Under the pieces are notes generated by a model, which saw nothing but the letters and a program-made list of their open reading frames with translations, ran no database searches and had not been told where the DNA came from. Of a stretch of DNA of 64,000 nucleotides, positions 60,511-64,000 are shown piece by piece. Origin of the DNA: Flavobacteriales bacterium (GTDB lineage: Bacteria; Bacteroidota; Bacteroidia; UBA10329); NCBI GenBank assembly GCA_021739695.1, contig JAIPBM010000008.1, positions 37,013-101,012 of the forward strand, given 5' to 3'. The position numbers were made by a program, and so were the translations under genes. Positions within the stretch are counted from its first letter, which is position 1. Every line of letters starts with the position of its first letter.

Positions 60511-61920
60511 ACGCAGGAGCCACTTGGCCGCCATCTTAATGAAGTTGATTTTGGCTTTGCTGTATGGAGGATATTTCTGCGCTACATCGCCCAAGAATGA
60601 ACGCGTCATCACTGGTTTCATGTGCGAGAAAGTATCGAAACCGAGTTTTCCGTTATATGCTCCAATACCGCTATTCCCCACTCCACCAAATGGAAGATTT
60701 GGCTGACCCGCGTGTACCATGGTTTCATTTACACAGATAGCTCCCGAAGATGTTTCGTTCATTAGACGTTTCTTCAATTTAGAATCGTTGCTGAACAGAT
60801 ACATCGCCAATGGGCGCTCGCCTGCATTGATGTGATTGATCACCTCATCGAAATTGTCGTAGCCAATGATCGGCATTACAGGTCCAAAGATCTCTTCCTG
60901 CATGGCTGGATGATCGTTGGTCACATTATCAATGATGGTTGGCGAAATGTATCTGGTAGCTGCATCAGTTACACCACCAACGATAATATCTCCCGTTAGC
61001 ATTTTGCTTACACGCTGAAAATGTCGGTCGCTGATCAATCGTCCAAGATCATCTGAAGGCTTATCGGCTGGGCCGAAGAATTCTCCAATATATTGCTTCA
61101 GTTTCTCAAGGAATTTAGCTTTGATCTTGTTGTTGACGTAGATGTAATCTGGCGCAATACACGTTTGTCCTGCATTTTGGAATTTACCCCAAACCAATCG
61201 CTTAGCAGCCACATTCAGATTAATGTCTGTATCAATGATACATGGGCTCTTGCCGCCCAATTCCAAGGTGACAGGCGTAAGGTGTTTTGCGGCTGCTTGA
61301 TAAATGATCCGTCCGATCTCGGTTCCACCAGTGAACAACAGATAATCAAATCGCTCATTGAGCAACTCTGTAGTTTCTGGAACGCCACCTTCAATGCTTA
61401 CAATGTATTCAGGGTCGAAGGTGTCTTTGATCAGATCGGCAATGGCCTTGCTGCAATTCGGAGAAATCTCTGAAGGCTTTACCACAGCTGTATTTCCAGC
61501 GGCAATAGCACCTAAAAGCGGTCCGAAAAGGTTCTTTACAGGATAGTTCCATGGGGCGATGATCAATACAACTCCGTAAGGTTCAGGCACGATCATCGAT
61601 GAACCTGGTTGAAAGAACAAAGGCGTTGGAACACGCTCTGGTTCCATCCAATCATCGAGATGGCGCAGGTAGTGATCGATCTCTGCAACAGTTACTTCAA
61701 TTTCCGTTGCAAGTGCTTCTTGTTTCGGTTTATTGAGGTCTTGCTTTAAGGCTGCAAGAAGATTTTCCTCATGCTTACGAAACGCAGCTTTCAATTTATT
61801 CAACTGCTTTTTTCGGAAAGCAGCTGGTTTGGTGGCATGCGACCAGAAATAATCGCGTTGCTTTTGAACTACTGCTGAATATGCTGTGCCGGTTGCCGGC
61901 TTTTCGAGAACTGCTTCCAT
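60508..61920 (-). CDS. Class 3 aldehyde dehydrogenase (YwdH/fatty aldehyde dehydrogenase-like)
   Basis: EPYGVVLIIAPWNYP, FTGG, TLELGGKSP, NAGQTCIAPDY, EEIFGP, PFGGVGNSGIG. Confidence 0.94.
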   Translation of the reverse strand: MEAVLEKPATGTAYSAVVQKQRDYFWSHATKPAAFRKKQLNKLKAAFRKHEENLLAALKQDLNKPKQEALATEIEVTVAEIDHYLRHLDDWMEPERVPTPLFFQPGSSMIVPEPYGVVLIIAPWNYPVKNLFGPLLGAIAAGNTAVVKPSEISPNCSKAIADLIKDTFDPEYIVSIEGGVPETTELLNERFDYLLFTGGTEIGRIIYQAAAKHLTPVTLELGGKSPCIIDTDINLNVAAKRLVWGKFQNAGQTCIAPDYIYVNNKIKAKFLEKLKQYIGEFFGPADKPSDDLGRLISDRHFQRVSKMLTGDIIVGGVTDAATRYISPTIIDNVTNDHPAMQEEIFGPVMPIIGYDNFDEVINHINAGERPLAMYLFSNDSKLKKRLMNETSSGAICVNETMVHAGQPNLPFGGVGNSGIGAYNGKLGFDTFSHMKPVMTRSFLGDVAQKYPPYSKAKINFIKMAAKWLLR

Positions 61921-61921
61921 A

Positions 61922-62389
61922 TCAATATTTGATTCCGAGTTTATTGTAAAGTTTTGTGAGGACCCACATTGGCCCAACTAAGAAAAATTCGAGGTCTTTG
62001 AAGAATGATGGCTTCTTGCCTTCCACCTTGTGGCCTACGAACTGCATGGCCCATGAAAGAACAAAGATCACCAAGGAAATTAGCCAAATGCTGACCGGTC
62101 CGTTGTAGAAATAGCATGCAGCCATACCCGTCAACGTTACTGCAAGAATTCCGACCGAAACGGCAAACGAAAGTGAGAGGTAATATGCAAACACGAAAAT
62201 TGCGAGAATCATTGAAACATTAAGTGGTTCGCCACCAAGAAACCCCAACTCAACCGGTAGTTTCACATCCCAAAGCATGCCAATGGCACTCAAGAAGATA
62301 AGTGGAACAAAAATGTTGTGAATGAACTGATTGGTCTCGTTCTGATGACTCTCTTTGTATTCGCCCAAGAGGCGGTCTATCTTACTCAT
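61922..62389 (-). CDS. Mpo1-like (DUF962) membrane protein
   Basis: EY..SHQN.TN..IH..FVP.I, W..QFVGH..EG.KPSFF.DL..F.VGP. Confidence 0.9.
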   Translation of the reverse strand: MSKIDRLLGEYKESHQNETNQFIHNIFVPLIFLSAIGMLWDVKLPVELGFLGGEPLNVSMILAIFVFAYYLSLSFAVSVGILAVTLTGMAACYFYNGPVSIWLISLVIFVLSWAMQFVGHKVEGKKPSFFKDLEFFLVGPMWVLTKLYNKLGIKY

Positions 62390-62474
62390 AATTTGATTTG
62401 GATTAAATCGAGGAACACGTAAAGTTAGCCACTTCATTGATTTTATGAGGGCAACAAAGACTATTTTTCGGACG

Positions 62475-63620
62475 ATGGAATCACTTTCAGTTCAATTCAA
62501 TTCGCTTTTCGGCCATTTACAGGAGCCGAAACGATTTTTCTGCCCAGGTAGGGTTAACCTAATTGGCGAACATATCGACTACTTAGGAGGTTCGGTCATG
62601 CCTGCTGCCATCTCTTTGGGAATCACCGCGCTTTGCAGTAAGAACGATTCCAACATACTGCGGATACACTCAACAGATTTTCCCGAAACAATTGCATTCG
62701 ACCTTGCTGCCCTGCCCGTTTCAAAACAAGGTAATTGGGGTGATTTTATACTTGGAGTTGTGTTGGATTTGAAAGACAAAGGAATTGAACCAAGCGGATG
62801 CGACATTCTCTTTGAAAGCAACTTACCGAAAGGTTCGGGGCTGTCTTCTTCTGCAGCGTTGGAGGTCTTGTGCTATCATATGTTTCACGTTATAGCAACT
62901 GGAACCGAGCCAGACAGGACTAAAATGGCGTTGTATTGTCAGAAAATCGAGAATCAATTCATTGGCGTGAATTGCGGCATTATGGATCAGTTTGCCGTTG
63001 CCAACGGAAAAGCCCAGCACGCACTACTGCTTAACTGTGAATCGTTGGCTTACAAACTTGTGCCTTTGCAATTAGGAACGCATGAACTGCTGATCATCAA
63101 TTCGAATAAACCGCGAACATTGGCCGAAAGTGCCTACAACCAACGCAGACAGGAATGTGATGATGCCTTGCGGATTATTCAAAAAGAAAGACCAATAGGG
63201 AACTTGGTGGATGCTCACGAATCAGAGCTCGAATTACTGTGCAACCCGATCTTGAAGAAACGAACACGACATGCGATTGGCGAGCAGATTCGTGTGATGC
63301 AATCCGCTGTTGCGCTGCGTGCTGGAAACCTCGAAGAATTTGGAAGACTGATGACGGAATCGCATAACTCGTTGAAAGATGATTACGAGGTTTCCTGCTC
63401 AGAGCTCGACTTTATCGTAGAGCAATTGCTCGCTTCTGATGCCTGTTTGGGCGCACGTATGACCGGTGCTGGTTTTGGTGGCTGCTGCGTGGCTTTGGTA
63501 GACAAATCTGCGGTTGCTTCACTTTCAGAACAACTCGGAAATGGTTATCAGAAACGCTTTGGATTCGAGCCGTCATTTTATAGCTGTTTAACGTCAGATG
63601 GAGTACATACCATTACTTAA
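62475..63620 (+). CDS. galK: Galactokinase
   Basis: PGRVNLIGEHIDY, PKGSGLSSSAALE, CGIMDQF, YNQRR.EC, GARMTGAGFGGC. Start may be 62445. Confidence 0.95.
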   Translation: MESLSVQFNSLFGHLQEPKRFFCPGRVNLIGEHIDYLGGSVMPAAISLGITALCSKNDSNILRIHSTDFPETIAFDLAALPVSKQGNWGDFILGVVLDLKDKGIEPSGCDILFESNLPKGSGLSSSAALEVLCYHMFHVIATGTEPDRTKMALYCQKIENQFIGVNCGIMDQFAVANGKAQHALLLNCESLAYKLVPLQLGTHELLIINSNKPRTLAESAYNQRRQECDDALRIIQKERPIGNLVDAHESELELLCNPILKKRTRHAIGEQIRVMQSAVALRAGNLEEFGRLMTESHNSLKDDYEVSCSELDFIVEQLLASDACLGARMTGAGFGGCCVALVDKSAVASLSEQLGNGYQKRFGFEPSFYSCLTSDGVHTIT

Positions 63621-63671
63621 TGATTAAATTATCTTTAACGCCTCTTAACGAAACACACATATCAGAACAAC

Positions 63672-64000
63672 ATGAAAAAACTTTTTACTCTAAGTCTATT
63701 ATCCCTTTTTGCGATAAGCGAGACAGTTGCACAACCAGACTGTTCCAATGGAAGATATACAACATTCGATCTATTCTCTTCTGTTGACGTAACAAGTGCC
63801 GTGACATTTGGAAACAATACTGCCTTAAATGGTAGTGATGTAGACCTGAAAATGGATGTATATCAACCTTCAGGAGATACAGAAACAGATCGCCCCGTGG
63901 TCATCATGGCTTTCGGAGGTTCTTTTATTGGCGGAGCTCGAGCGGATGTAGCTTTCATGTGTAACATCCTTGCCAAAATGGGCTATGTGGCTGTAGCTCC
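63672..64000 (+). CDS. Secreted alpha/beta-hydrolase (carboxylesterase-like), 5' part only
   Basis: MKKLFTLSLL..VAQ..CSNGRY..LKMDVYQP.GDT...RPVVIMAFGGSFIGG; runs off the window. Confidence 0.8.
   Translation, partial: MKKLFTLSLLSLFAISETVAQPDCSNGRYTTFDLFSSVDVTSAVTFGNNTALNGSDVDLKMDVYQPSGDTETDRPVVIMAFGGSFIGGARADVAFMCNILAKMGYVAVA

Overview
A 64-kb chromosomal segment, most likely from a free-living Bacteroidota (Flavobacteriales-like) bacterium. The evidence is TAnnTTTG -7 promoters, T9SS cargo proteins, and the gldF-gldG-dnaN and parA-parB-DUF5683-dapB-lepB gene orders. It holds about 45 CDS and one tRNA-Pro(GGG). I found no prophage, integrase, transposase or CRISPR array. Housekeeping genes (trxB, dnaN, parAB, dapB, lepB, galK, RecD-like helicase) alternate with accessory surface and secreted proteins. 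Most notable: (1) a PadR-coupled membrane protein that appears to fuse a PadR-partner N-terminal domain, two GldL-like hairpins and a GldM-like TM/D1 domain while lacking the motor's proton-binding residues; (2) an operon of two Asp-rich collagen fibres plus a T9SS cargo, with a third fibre sharing the same N-terminal domain; (3) a sqr-tusE-dsrE sulfur module; (4) an Mpo1/DUF962 plus class-3 aldehyde dehydrogenase pair; (5) a triple-nested inverted-repeat element that supplies the start of one gene; (6) four direct repeats at an exact 11-bp period linking a two-component system to a coiled-coil gene. All family assignments come from motif recognition by eye; no searches were run.
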